Part shown: piece after piece, positions 1 to 10,306 of the stretch
How the letters are laid out: each line of letters begins with the position of its first letter
Position numbering within the stretch: the stretch's first letter is position 1
Position numbers and translations under genes: made by a program
The notes under the pieces: model-generated
Told to the model about the DNA's origin: nothing
The model's input: the letters and a program-made list of their open reading frames with translations, nothing else
The model's database searches: none
Assembly (NCBI GenBank): GCA_964455785.1
Contig: CAYWBV010000002.1
Span: 1 to 49,523, forward strand
Length of the DNA stretch: 49,523 nucleotides
Source: an uncultured Maribellus sp.
GTDB taxonomy: Bacteria > Bacteroidota > Bacteroidia > Bacteroidales > Prolixibacteraceae
Reading direction: 5' to 3'

Positions 1-243
1 ATGCAGGACAACCACGTGGCCAATTTTGTGGAGGCGGCGCTGGCAAAAAACAAAAACCTGCTCGCCTGCACCATTAACGATGCGTTTCGGTCAACCGCAA
101 CCGTACAGTTAGCCATGATTTCGTACGATACCGGCACTAAAGTTCAGTGGGATGCCGAAAAACAAACGGTTCCCGGCAACGAAGCTGCTGCAAAACTGCT
201 GGCGCGCCCGTATCGCGGAAACTACCGGCGGCCGTCTGCCTGA
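1..243 (+). CDS. C-terminal end of a Gfo/Idh/MocA-family oxidoreductase (5'-truncated by window edge)
   Basis: HVANFVEA...AFRSTATVQLAMISYDTGTKVQWDAEKQ...NEAAAKLLARPYRG matches the typical C-terminus of Bacteroidota Gfo/Idh/MocA proteins; only 80 aa visible. Confidence 0.75.
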   Translation: MQDNHVANFVEAALAKNKNLLACTINDAFRSTATVQLAMISYDTGTKVQWDAEKQTVPGNEAAAKLLARPYRGNYRRPSA

Positions 244-343
244 CGAAAACGGTACCGCCGCTTTCATTTTTGAAACGATGATGTCTTTTTATTTTTTCGG
301 GGAAGGTTTTTGCCTGTTGCTGAAATTTGTATCGCTATTGTGT

Positions 344-660
344 TATCCGGACAGGTCGCCGGGCTATCAGGACGGGGTAAAAGTCAATCCGGACGGGTGG
401 AAACCCTATCCGGGAGCCGGGAAAATGAATCCGACTGGCCCAAAACTCAATCCGGACGGGTCAAGATCTTATCCGTTTTCAAAAAAACAGTAATCGGGGA
501 GGGTCAGGAACCTATCCGGGAGGGTGGAAATCCTATCCGGGAAGGGAAATTTACCTATCCGACCGGGTAGAAACCCAATCCGACCGCGTCAACCCCCTAT
601 CCGGGAGGGTTAAAAGATTATCCGGGAGGGGTGCAGGCCTGTCCGGGAGCGGAGAAAATG
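344..660. repeat. Degenerate tandem array of 15 units, 21-bp period (two 22-bp units), head motif (T/A)ATCCG
   Basis: Units start at 344,365,386,407,428,449,470,492,513,534,556,577,598,619,640, e.g. aatccggacgggtggaaaccc, tatccgggagggtggaaatcc. Confidence 0.95.
386..582 (+). repeat. Left copy of 197-bp direct repeat (right copy 23562-23758)
   Basis: Base-by-base comparison shows identity except A569 vs G23745. Confidence 0.95.
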
Positions 661-898
661 GTTTGGGAGACACCCGCAGGGCCAATACTCCAGAACCTGA
701 CTCGTTAAAAAAAGGTGAATTCTTGTTTGTAAAAATATTCGCTTGCAAAATATCAAAAGCCACAATCTTTGATTTGTATATTTACGTAAAAATCAAATTT
801 AGTAATTTGCGATAGTCAGTCTAAAAAGGAATGTTGAATTCAACTGGCATTTTTTAATACAGTATCGTAACACTTTGAAAGAGTATAAACCTGGCTTT

Positions 899-3800
899 AT
901 GAATAGAATTTTATGGCTTTCCGTTTTTTTATTTTCCTTTGGGTTTATCCGGGCCCAAAGTTCAAATCTTGAAATTATCACAACCCGTTCGGGTCTTTCG
1001 CAGAACGATGTAACTTGTATCTTTCAGGACTCGCAAGGGTTTATATGGTTTGGGACCAACGACGGACTAAACCGGTACGATGGCAATGAATTTAGAATTT
1101 ACCGAACATCGCCCAAAGAGTTAACAAGCATTATTATTCATGATATCATTGAAGACCAAAATAGAAATCTGTGGATTGCAACGATCGACAATGGTATTAA
1201 TAAATTGAATCTGGAGACAGGCGAGATTGAGCAGTTTACCAAAGAAAGTTCAAATGGCAGGTCTTTGTTGAGTAACGAAATAAATAGCATTGTATGCGAT
1301 TGGGAAGGCACTGTTTGGTACTGTTCAAAAGGAGGAATAGGAAAAATAACCGAACGACAGATCGGCGTCGAAATCATTAATTTTGCAACAGATACATTCC
1401 CCGACGATTTTTACACAAATTCCTCGCTTTTTGTTGATGAGACAAACGCCGTTTTACTGGCAACCGGGCATACGTTTTATCGGGTACAGGACAATGGGCT
1501 TGCCGAAGTTTTTAAAATTAATAAGGGAACTTTTAAATGTGTTGGAGGGGTTGATGACAGATTGATTATTGGTACATCAGACGGAATATTTTCTGTTTCG
1601 AAAAAAGATTTTTATTCAAACACATCTACTGCGAATTATTTTTCAAATATTTCGCCATCTGATTTTATTTTAGATAACGACCAGAATTTATGGGTCGGCA
1701 CCCGCGAAGAGGTCTTTAAATATGTTTTTTCTCCTTCAGAATCAAAATTCGTTTTAGACAACGAGTTTGAGGTGGATAAGGATAAAATAATTCTCTCCAA
1801 AATAAAAGTGCTGAACATGTTTAAAGACAAAACCGGCATCATCTATTTTGGAACTTATGGGCAAGGTGTTGTGAAATATAACATTCACGGCGAAAAGTTC
1901 AGGTACTATGCACTCAATGATGGCACAGGCGGGAATAAAATTCGTTCCATTGCTGAGGATTCAAACGGGAACCTCTACGTAGGAAAGGATTTTGGCTTGC
2001 TTCATGTGTTACCGGCATCACAGAAAAGCAATTACGAGACAGGTTTTGTTGGAAAAGGATTCTTTGAAGGCTTTACCCAGGGTATTAATCAGACAATTTA
2101 TACCATTATTGAGGCAAATGACGGAAAAAATGAAAAAATGATTATTGCCGGCACTGATCCCCCTGTTTCCCTGTTGAAGTTGACTGGTGGTGATTTTACA
2201 ATTCCCCGGTTGGATGTTATGTTTTTTTCATTGGTGCAGGGACCAAACGGTTTGATTTGGGCCGGCACTTACGAAGAGGGACTATTCCGTATCGATCCGT
2301 CAGGGAAAATACCGATGAAAAGATTTACGGCAGATGGCACATCGCGGTCGCTCCGGTCAGATATCATCAGAAGCCTGATGTTTGACTCCAGGAACAGGCT
2401 GTGGATAGGCACATCAAAAGGACTTCATGTTTTAACAGCTAACGAGCAGGAAAAAGACGACCCTTCGTTTATCGGAATAGTCAATGATCCGTCGGATACG
2501 AACAGTTTGAGCCACAATTATATTTTACCCCTGTTTGAATCGGTGGCGGGCGACATCTGGGTTGGAACGATGGGCGGTGGTTTAAACCGGTTGAAATCGT
2601 TTGACAAGGACGGGCGATCTGAATTTGAACATATTACTGTCGCTGACGGGTTGCCCAACAATGTTGTCAAGTCAATTCTTGAAGATGATTTCGGGAACCT
2701 GTGGATATCTACGAACAGGGGACTGTGTAAATTTAATCCCGATGACAAATCATTTGAAAATTACGATGTCAACGATGGATTGCAGGATTATGAATTCAGT
2801 GAACTGGCGGCTTGTAAACGAAAGGATGGGGAAATGGTTTTTGGCGGAGTAAATGGGATCAATGTATTTTACCCGAGTGAAATTGAAAAAGATACCAGCG
2901 AGGCTGTTCCTGCGTTTACAAGTTTCACGGTACTTAACAGAGACGTTGAAACCGGCGATTTATTAAAATACCGGGTTGTTCTCGATAAAGAAATTAATTT
3001 TACAAAACAGATAAAACTCAAATACAGCGAAAACAGTTTTGCAATCCGTTTCGCTTCGCTGAATTATGCACTTCCGGGCAAAAACAAGTGTATGTATATG
3101 CTCGAAGGATTTGATCAGGAATGGATATTGGCGCCGTCGGGAGATGTTGCCAAATATACCAATATCCCACCGGGCGATTACATTCTTAAAGTTAAGGCAG
3201 CCAATAGCGACGGCGTTTGGGGGCGACAAATCAAAGAGGTGAGGATTGAAGTGCTCCCTCCTTTTGTATGGGCCACACCGGCGAAATTTTTTTATATCAT
3301 ATTGATTATTCTGGCGCTATGGTTTTTCAGGAAATATTCTGTCATCGGCGTGAACCGAAAGCACGACCTGATTATGAAGGAAATGGAGAAACAAAAAGAC
3401 AATGAAATCATTCAGGCCAAATTGCGCTTTTTTACCAATATTTCGCATGAATTTAAAACTCCGTTGACATTGATTATTGGTCCTCTCGAACAACTGATGA
3501 ACCGGGCCACTTTACCCCCCGAAAACATTTTGAAGGAGTTCCACAAGATTATTTACCGCCATGCCAAAGTGCTGCTCCGGTTGATCGACCAGCTTTTAGA
3601 GTTCAGGAAACTCGAACAAGGCAAAATGAAGCTGAAAGTAAAAGAAGGTAACGTAAGAAATTTTCTTAGGGAAATTTATGATTCTTTTCTTCCATTGGCC
3701 GAGGGCAAAAAAGTCAACTTCTTTTTTCTGGATCATTCTTTCCGGCAGGATCTTTGGTTTGATCACGACAAACTGGAAAAGGTGATTTACAATCTACTCT

Positions 3801-4993
3801 CCAATGCCTTTAAATTTACCGACAAGGGTGGAAACGTCAATCTTGAACTGCTGGAAGACGACAATGATTATTTGAAGATTATTGTATCCGACACCGGCTC
3901 CGGGATTCCCGAGGAAGCCCAGCCACATATTTTTAACCGCTTTTTTCGGGTGGAAACTCCGGAATATCATTTCCAAAGCGGGACAGGAATCGGGCTTTCC
4001 TACTCGAAAAGCCTGGTCGAATTAATGAAAGGATCAATCAGTTTTAAAAGTAAAACAGGGGAGGGGACTTCATTTTTTATCAAATTGCCTAAAGATTCAA
4101 CGGTCTTCAATGAAAGTGAGATGGAGAATTCAGTTACACCTGACCCTGCAACGCAAAAGAAAATCTATCCGGAAGAAAAAGCGGGTATGGCTATTCTGAA
4201 AAAGGGTACTCAACCAATCGACGAAGAACTGTGCTCGGTTTTGATTGTTGAAGACAATGAGGATTTAAGGGAATATTTGAAGAATTTTTTTTCCTTGCAA
4301 TTCAATGTGTTTACAGCCGCCGACGGACAGGAGGGACTGAATAAATGCCGGGAAATTTTGCCCGATGTGGTGGTGAGCGATGTCACTATGCCGGTAATGA
4401 ACGGGATCGAAATGACCAGGCAACTAAAAGAATCGTTTGATACATCGCATATTCCGGTAGTTTTGCTGACAGTCAGCGCCGAAGACGAAGAGCAGAAAGT
4501 TGGTTTGCGGGGAGGTGCAGATGTGTATGTCAAAAAACCGTTCAACCCGGAAGTTCTGCTATCTCAGGTTTTGTCCCTGATTAAAAACAGACAGCTTCTG
4601 CGGGCAAAATACCGTGAAAAGATTACCGTCACACCTTCTGAAATTGCTCCTTCAAACCGGGACGAACAGTTTGTGAAAAAAGTGCTGAAGATTGTTGAAG
4701 ATAACCTTGCAAATCCTGACTTTTCTGTTCAGCGACTGTCAAACGAATGTGGAATGTCCCAGACTTCTTTAAACAAAAAATTGGTTGTTCTTACAGGGCA
4801 AAAAGCAAAAATTTTTATTCGCACCATCCGGCTGAAAAGAGCTGCTCAGCTATTGGAACAGGAAGAAAAATCGATTTCCGAGATTACTTACGAAGTTGGT
4901 TTTAACGATCTTCAGTACTTCAGAAAATGTTTTGTTGAAGAGTTTGGCTGCCTGCCCAACGAGTATAATTCCTTTCGCGGAAAAAAAGATTGA
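899..4993 (+). CDS. Hybrid two-component system sensor-regulator (beta-propeller sensor, Y_Y_Y, HisKA, HATPase, receiver, AraC HTH)
   Basis: Signal peptide; propeller repeats (GFIWFGTNDGLNRYDG, GNLWISTNRGL); FFTNISHEFKTPLTLI; NLLSNAFKFT; DVVVSDVTMPVMNG; GFNDLQYFRKCF. ATG at 899 preferred over TTG at 875. Confidence 0.97.
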   Translation: MNRILWLSVFLFSFGFIRAQSSNLEIITTRSGLSQNDVTCIFQDSQGFIWFGTNDGLNRYDGNEFRIYRTSPKELTSIIIHDIIEDQNRNLWIATIDNGINKLNLETGEIEQFTKESSNGRSLLSNEINSIVCDWEGTVWYCSKGGIGKITERQIGVEIINFATDTFPDDFYTNSSLFVDETNAVLLATGHTFYRVQDNGLAEVFKINKGTFKCVGGVDDRLIIGTSDGIFSVSKKDFYSNTSTANYFSNISPSDFILDNDQNLWVGTREEVFKYVFSPSESKFVLDNEFEVDKDKIILSKIKVLNMFKDKTGIIYFGTYGQGVVKYNIHGEKFRYYALNDGTGGNKIRSIAEDSNGNLYVGKDFGLLHVLPASQKSNYETGFVGKGFFEGFTQGINQTIYTIIEANDGKNEKMIIAGTDPPVSLLKLTGGDFTIPRLDVMFFSLVQGPNGLIWAGTYEEGLFRIDPSGKIPMKRFTADGTSRSLRSDIIRSLMFDSRNRLWIGTSKGLHVLTANEQEKDDPSFIGIVNDPSDTNSLSHNYILPLFESVAGDIWVGTMGGGLNRLKSFDKDGRSEFEHITVADGLPNNVVKSILEDDFGNLWISTNRGLCKFNPDDKSFENYDVNDGLQDYEFSELAACKRKDGEMVFGGVNGINVFYPSEIEKDTSEAVPAFTSFTVLNRDVETGDLLKYRVVLDKEINFTKQIKLKYSENSFAIRFASLNYALPGKNKCMYMLEGFDQEWILAPSGDVAKYTNIPPGDYILKVKAANSDGVWGRQIKEVRIEVLPPFVWATPAKFFYIILIILALWFFRKYSVIGVNRKHDLIMKEMEKQKDNEIIQAKLRFFTNISHEFKTPLTLIIGPLEQLMNRATLPPENILKEFHKIIYRHAKVLLRLIDQLLEFRKLEQGKMKLKVKEGNVRNFLREIYDSFLPLAEGKKVNFFFLDHSFRQDLWFDHDKLEKVIYNLLSNAFKFTDKGGNVNLELLEDDNDYLKIIVSDTGSGIPEEAQPHIFNRFFRVETPEYHFQSGTGIGLSYSKSLVELMKGSISFKSKTGEGTSFFIKLPKDSTVFNESEMENSVTPDPATQKKIYPEEKAGMAILKKGTQPIDEELCSVLIVEDNEDLREYLKNFFSLQFNVFTAADGQEGLNKCREILPDVVVSDVTMPVMNGIEMTRQLKESFDTSHIPVVLLTVSAEDEEQKVGLRGGADVYVKKPFNPEVLLSQVLSLIKNRQLLRAKYREKITVTPSEIAPSNRDEQFVKKVLKIVEDNLANPDFSVQRLSNECGMSQTSLNKKLVVLTGQKAKIFIRTIRLKRAAQLLEQEEKSISEITYEVGFNDLQYFRKCFVEEFGCLPNEYNSFRGKKD

Positions 4994-5087
4994 AAAAAAG
5001 TATTCCGGCTTTTTTTTGAAACTCCTCCCAGCACCTTTTAGTTGCTGTTGTTCAGGTGTTTATTTGTTCGACGATTTTTCGTTTTTT

Positions 5088-5203
5088 GATTTTTTCTACC
5101 TTCATTTAAGAATTATTCCTTTTCTCCGACTAAAAATTCATGGTTGGGTTAAAATAATTTCAGTCCATCGATTTTTTGTCCTTCAACTCTTCTTAATTAT
5201 TCC
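5088..5203 (+). promoter_or_regulatory. Candidate HTCS/AraC operator: two imperfect copies of gatttttt..ccttca..aattattcc upstream of susC
   Basis: gattttttctaccttcatttaagaattattcc (5088-5119) and gattttttgtccttcaactcttcttaattattcc (5170-5203) in the HTCS-susC intergenic region. Confidence 0.3.
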
Positions 5204-5538
5204 CGGCTGCCAGTATCACCAGCAATTACTTTTATCCCGGTACACGATGTTGCGTCAGGCTTCAAATGTTTTATTGCCCGCGCATCCTATCAGGCAGTTG
5301 CCGGGCCAACCAGCGCGGAGAACTACCTTTTACGGGTCACAACATTTCTGAGTTGACACGGCATTGATACTGACTTAAAAAACAAGATAGACGAAGAAGA
5401 ATTGCTTAATACAAATTAAACCTTAGTATCGTGGAAAAAGTGAATAAAATTAAATCTGGGGCATATGGCAACATGAAATTCCTACTCTTCCTGCTTGCTG
5501 CGAATCAAGAAGATACCTCAAGAATATCAATATCTTAA

Positions 5539-8500
5539 ATGGAAAAACTTATGAAAAAAATGGAAACAAAACTCGTACTTTTTTTACTCTGGCTTGTTTT
5601 CCTGACAACAACAATCAGTCTGGATGCATCCGGTATAAAAGTGGATGGGATTGTTGTTGACGAAAGCCAAGTGCTGCTTCCCGGGGCTTTGGTTTGCTGT
5701 TCTGAACAACAAACGGTAACAGATGTAAACGGACGTTTCGAAATCAGTGTAGAGGCGCCCAATCAACTGATTAGAGTAAGTAAAGAAGGATTTTATCCTG
5801 TTCTTGTCAAGGCAGAAGTTTTGATAAATGATACAATAGTATTAAACACTGTTTTACAGAAAGAGGTAATTCTGCTTGACCGGAGCAAAAAAGCCGGTGA
5901 AATCAGCGAAGCGGTTTCTTTTATCGACGGGAGCAAGATGAAAAATTTGCCGGGAACTAACCGGTTGAACCAGTTGTCGGGCCGCCTTCCAGGCTTGTTG
6001 GTTATACAAACCGACGGGCAACCGGGTTGGGAAGAGAACCTGATTAGCGTCCGGGGAAGAAGCACTTTCGGAACGATCATCTCAGAACCGACCATCTTGC
6101 TTGACGGACACGAAGCCGATTTTACGCAACTGGATGCCTATGATATCGAGAGTATTACTGTTTTAAAAGATGCTGCTGCCACGGCCACGTACGGGCTTCG
6201 ATCTGCCAACGGAATTATCCTGGTCAACACAAAAAGAGGGGAAAAAGGAAAAATAAAAGTTTCACTCAACAGCCAAACTGCTGTTTCGGGCCAGGTTAAG
6301 TTTCCCGGAATGCTGAATGCCGCAAACTTCGCTGAACTGTACAATGAAGCTGTAACGAACGAAGGCCTCAGCCCGGTCTATTCAGGTTCGGATATTGAAG
6401 CCTATCGTAACGGGTCTGATCCGGTAGGGCATCCTGACAATGACTACTTTAACGACTATTTTTCAAAATCTTCCGTACAGACCAGAAACAACCTGAGTTT
6501 ATCCGGAGGCGACGATTTTGCGATGTATCATGTTTCGCTGGGGCATACTTCAAACAGCGGTTTGCTGAAAACAGTTGACAGTGAAAACAAATACAATACC
6601 AACACCACCTACGAAACGTTCAACATTCACGCCAATGTCGATATCAAGGTAAATGAAAAACTTACTGTGTTCGCTGACATCAAGGCAAAAAAAGAAAAGC
6701 GGACGTTGCCGGGTGCCTGGGACAACGATGGTATTCCAGGGATCATTGAAAACATCCTTGAAACGCCGGCCAATGCATATCCGGTTTTCCTTTCATCCGA
6801 TTCGCTGGGGGGTGCTTCCGACTACCGCGATAACCTGTATGGTCAGTTAAACCGCTCTGGTTATTCCTTTTGGGAAAGATATTATTTGTCAGGTAACGTT
6901 GATTTCAACTATGAACTAGGTTTTATAAAAGGCCTCGCTTTAACGGGGTCGGCAGGTTACAACGATTTTGGAAATCATATCATCAACCGCTCCAAAACAT
7001 TTGCTGTGTATGAAAAACAGGCCGCCGGAGATGGAAGTACCGTGGTGAACAAAATTGGCGACGATACTACGATGAAAAATCAAAGTACAAAATCAAATAT
7101 GATCCGTTTCTTTTATTCCGAACTGGGTTTTAGTTTCGACCGGGCGTTCAGAAACTCTTCCCTCGGCGCCAGAATCCTGGCTGAGAACCGGATGACAGAC
7201 CGTGACCTCACCCGGATTCCGCAATGGAAACGCGGATTGAAAGGAAGCGTGGATTATAACCTGGCTTCAAAATACCTGGCTTCGTTTGCATTTGCTTATC
7301 AGGGGTCGGAGCAATTTCCCCAAGAGGGCCGCTATGGGTTTTTCCCGGCTGTTGCGTTGGGATGGGTTCTTTCCAACGAAAGCTTTTTAAACGATGCCGG
7401 TTTCATTAACTATTTAAAACTGCGCGGATCGGCTGGAATCACCGGAATGGATTTCGATTCGTTCTACAGCGATGCCTATTTTGCTTACATTGATCATTTT
7501 GCACAGGGAGACAATTACCCTCTCGGAACGTCACTTGGGAATCAGGCTCCACTGTTTAGCGAATTGGCCGATGCCAATGATTTGATGACCTGGGCAAAAT
7601 CCAAAAAATTAAATGTCGGTTTTGATGTGGCTCTGGCTGGAAATAAATTATCGCTGACGGCCGATTATTTTGCGGAAAGGACCGAAGATCTGTTGGTTGG
7701 CGGAACTCCTGGAGTTATTGGTATCGGATATTTTTATCCGCGAGGTGTTGTTGAAAATAAAGGGGTTGAAGGAGTGCTCTCCTGGAAGCAGAGTATAGGT
7801 GACAAATTCGAATATTTTCTCTCAGCGAACGCAACTTACACAAAAAATAAGATTATTCAGCAAAATGAAGAAGCGCGTGAATATGAATGGCAGTACCGTA
7901 CCGGCCACGAAATCGGGGCTGTTTTTGGCTACCAGTTTGATGGGTTTTTTACCGAGAATGACAACATTGAGGATTATCCGGATCAGTCATCAATTGGTGA
8001 CGTCATCCCCGGTTCGTTGCGTTACAAGGACTTAAACGGAGACGACATGATCGATGAGCGGGATGAAACTTATCTTGGAAATGGCTCATTCCCTGAAGTA
8101 TGGTACGGATTCGCCGGCGGAATGGTGTGGGGAGGTTTTGACTTCAATGTTCAGTTTTCAGGTGTTGCAAACCGGATGATTCAATACACCGGTGACCTCG
8201 CATATGCCTTTAACAACGGCACCGGCTCGGCCAATGAATGGCACTTGGAAAGATGGCAGCCTGGCGACGGGCAAAATGCTGGATATCCGAGTGTTTCCCT
8301 GTCTAAGTTTCAGAATAACAAGGCGCCCAGCTCATTCTGGATGCAGGATGCGGCTTTTCTTCGCCTGCAGTCGGCTGAATTGGGATTCACGCTTCCCGAA
8401 TTCCTTACCAGAAAAATCGGGTTGGAAAAATTACGGCTTTTTATCTCCGGCAACAACCTGGTAACCTGGTCAAATGTGAAATGGATTGACCCGGCTGGCA

Positions 8501-8565
8501 ATGGAAACGGGACCAATTACCCGATAGTCAGGATGTTTTCCGGTGGACTAAACCTTACTTTTTAG
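5539..8565 (+). CDS. susC: SusC/RagA-family TonB-dependent transporter (first of tandem pair)
   Basis: Plug motif DIESITVLKDAAATATYGLRSANGIILVNTKRG; GFFPAVALGW; PGSLRYKDLNGD; C-terminal GLNLTF. Confidence 0.95.
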   Translation: MEKLMKKMETKLVLFLLWLVFLTTTISLDASGIKVDGIVVDESQVLLPGALVCCSEQQTVTDVNGRFEISVEAPNQLIRVSKEGFYPVLVKAEVLINDTIVLNTVLQKEVILLDRSKKAGEISEAVSFIDGSKMKNLPGTNRLNQLSGRLPGLLVIQTDGQPGWEENLISVRGRSTFGTIISEPTILLDGHEADFTQLDAYDIESITVLKDAAATATYGLRSANGIILVNTKRGEKGKIKVSLNSQTAVSGQVKFPGMLNAANFAELYNEAVTNEGLSPVYSGSDIEAYRNGSDPVGHPDNDYFNDYFSKSSVQTRNNLSLSGGDDFAMYHVSLGHTSNSGLLKTVDSENKYNTNTTYETFNIHANVDIKVNEKLTVFADIKAKKEKRTLPGAWDNDGIPGIIENILETPANAYPVFLSSDSLGGASDYRDNLYGQLNRSGYSFWERYYLSGNVDFNYELGFIKGLALTGSAGYNDFGNHIINRSKTFAVYEKQAAGDGSTVVNKIGDDTTMKNQSTKSNMIRFFYSELGFSFDRAFRNSSLGARILAENRMTDRDLTRIPQWKRGLKGSVDYNLASKYLASFAFAYQGSEQFPQEGRYGFFPAVALGWVLSNESFLNDAGFINYLKLRGSAGITGMDFDSFYSDAYFAYIDHFAQGDNYPLGTSLGNQAPLFSELADANDLMTWAKSKKLNVGFDVALAGNKLSLTADYFAERTEDLLVGGTPGVIGIGYFYPRGVVENKGVEGVLSWKQSIGDKFEYFLSANATYTKNKIIQQNEEAREYEWQYRTGHEIGAVFGYQFDGFFTENDNIEDYPDQSSIGDVIPGSLRYKDLNGDDMIDERDETYLGNGSFPEVWYGFAGGMVWGGFDFNVQFSGVANRMIQYTGDLAYAFNNGTGSANEWHLERWQPGDGQNAGYPSVSLSKFQNNKAPSSFWMQDAAFLRLQSAELGFTLPEFLTRKIGLEKLRLFISGNNLVTWSNVKWIDPAGNGNGTNYPIVRMFSGGLNLTF

Positions 8566-8586
8566 AAATAGCTAAACTAAAATAAG

Positions 8587-10251
8587 ATGAAAAGGATAAA
8601 ATATATTTTGCTTTTTGCTGCAGCCAGTTTGCTCTGGTCAGCGTGTGAAAACAGCATCGACGACTTACCTCAGGACTACCTCAATGTGACTGACTTATTG
8701 ACGGATACAGCCTATGTTATTGGTTTTGTTGATGATATGTACGCTTCAGTTTCTGACGGATACAACCGGTTGGAAGGAAATTCAATGATTGCTTCATCCA
8801 CTGACGAGGCAGTCGAATGTGGGATAAATACAGAAGCGGAACAAATGGCAGTCGGAATCTGGTCGCCTGCCAACACGCACGATGGTATGTGGGATGCCAT
8901 GTACAAAGGTATCCGTAAAACCAACGTTTTTTTCAAAGAAATTGAGCCTGCCCTACCTGTAGGGTTGTTTAAAAATGAAAGTACGATTCAGCTACTTCGC
9001 GGACAGGCATTCTTTTTTCGCGCCTTGTTTCACTTTGAGTTGGTGAAAAGGTATGGCGGAGTTCCAGTTGTTACTGAAGTATTGAAAGCTGGAGATGGTA
9101 TCAATATACCCCGTGACAATTACGATGATTGTATTGATTTTATAGTTTCTCAGTGTGATGAGGCTGCCGCTCTACTGCCTGTTGAATGGCCGGCGGCGAC
9201 AGTCAATTTCGGAAGAGCTACCAAAGGCGCTGCACTGGCGCTGAAAGCCCGTGCACTGCTTTACGCTGCAAGCCCTCTTTTTAACGATCCCTCCAATGCT
9301 GAGAATTCACCGGAGAATGGCACTTACAGTGCTGCAAAATGGCAAACCGCCGCACTGGCTGCCAACGATGTTATTGCATTAAATTATTACAACCTTTATG
9401 CAAACTATCAAAACTTTTTCACCACACTGAACAACAACAAGGAAATCATTTTCCTTCATATGGCTCCTCAAAACAACGAGGTTGAAAAGCTGAACGGCCC
9501 AAGCGGTTATACTGGCGGCGGTGGCGGATCATGCCCGACGCTCGACCTGGTGGAGTCGTTTCAAATGGCCGACGGTTCGTCATTCGACTGGAGCAATCCA
9601 GACCATGCCGCTGATCCTTTTGCCAACCGGGAGCCGCGCTTCTATGCCACAGTCTTGTATAATGGCGCGTCCTGGATGGGCGACGCCGTTGATACTTACG
9701 AGGGGGGAAATGACTTGGGAAGTTCCAATTCAACCAAAACCGGCTTCTACCTGAAAAAATTTATGTCGGAAAGCGCCCGTTGGTTTGGCGGCAACACCGG
9801 CAACACATATCACTGTTTCCCGCTTTTCAGATATGCAGAAGTGCTTCTGAACTATGCAGAGGCTATGAATGAAGCCTATGGCCCTTCTGATTTGGCGTTA
9901 TTTTCCATGAATGCGGTGACTGCGGTCAACCAGGTTCGCGCCCGGGCGGGGCTTCCGGGAATTGATGTAAGTGTTTCCAGGGAAGCGTTGCGTGAACTGA
10001 TTCGCCATGAACGAAAAATTGAACTGGCATTTGAAGAGCATCGCCACCTGGACCTGCGCCGCTGGAAAATTGCCGAAGATGTCCTGAACAAACCTGTTCG
10101 CGGGTTGACAATCACTCTGGAAAATGGTAGTTATTCGTACGAGCAGAAAGTCGCTCAAACACGGGTCTTCAGGCCTGAAATGTATTTGTATCCAATTCCC
10201 CGGACCGAGATCAACCGAAACAATAGTTTGACTCAAAACACGGGATGGTAA
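8587..10251 (+). CDS. susD: SusD/RagB-family surface lipoprotein
   Basis: Lipobox LWSAC; GRATKGAALALKARALLYAAS; FRYAEVLLNYAEA; ERKIELAFEEHR; QNTGW end. Confidence 0.96.
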   Translation: MKRIKYILLFAAASLLWSACENSIDDLPQDYLNVTDLLTDTAYVIGFVDDMYASVSDGYNRLEGNSMIASSTDEAVECGINTEAEQMAVGIWSPANTHDGMWDAMYKGIRKTNVFFKEIEPALPVGLFKNESTIQLLRGQAFFFRALFHFELVKRYGGVPVVTEVLKAGDGINIPRDNYDDCIDFIVSQCDEAAALLPVEWPAATVNFGRATKGAALALKARALLYAASPLFNDPSNAENSPENGTYSAAKWQTAALAANDVIALNYYNLYANYQNFFTTLNNNKEIIFLHMAPQNNEVEKLNGPSGYTGGGGGSCPTLDLVESFQMADGSSFDWSNPDHAADPFANREPRFYATVLYNGASWMGDAVDTYEGGNDLGSSNSTKTGFYLKKFMSESARWFGGNTGNTYHCFPLFRYAEVLLNYAEAMNEAYGPSDLALFSMNAVTAVNQVRARAGLPGIDVSVSREALRELIRHERKIELAFEEHRHLDLRRWKIAEDVLNKPVRGLTITLENGSYSYEQKVAQTRVFRPEMYLYPIPRTEINRNNSLTQNTGW

Positions 10252-10306
10252 TGGGATACAAGATATACGACATAATAAATCAGAATCATAAATTATTAAG
10301 CATAGG

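Noticed and set aside
344-660. CRISPR array interpretation of the 21-bp arrays
   Set aside because: Constant part is only about 6 nt, the period is far below repeat-plus-spacer length, tails resemble each other, and no cas genes are present.
152-763. ORFs 152-493, 310-570 and 551-763 (also 23573-23767 and 23743-24078)
   Set aside because: They are open frames produced by the stop-poor repeat arrays, overlap each other in several frames and are broken by the 22-bp units.
4994-5020. Possible terminator after the HTCS gene
   Set aside because: The stem is almost entirely A-T pairs and too weak to call.
4896-5351. 151-aa ORF overlapping the HTCS 3' end
   Set aside because: Phe/Leu-rich translation of T-rich intergenic DNA, no recognisable motif, overlaps a real gene.
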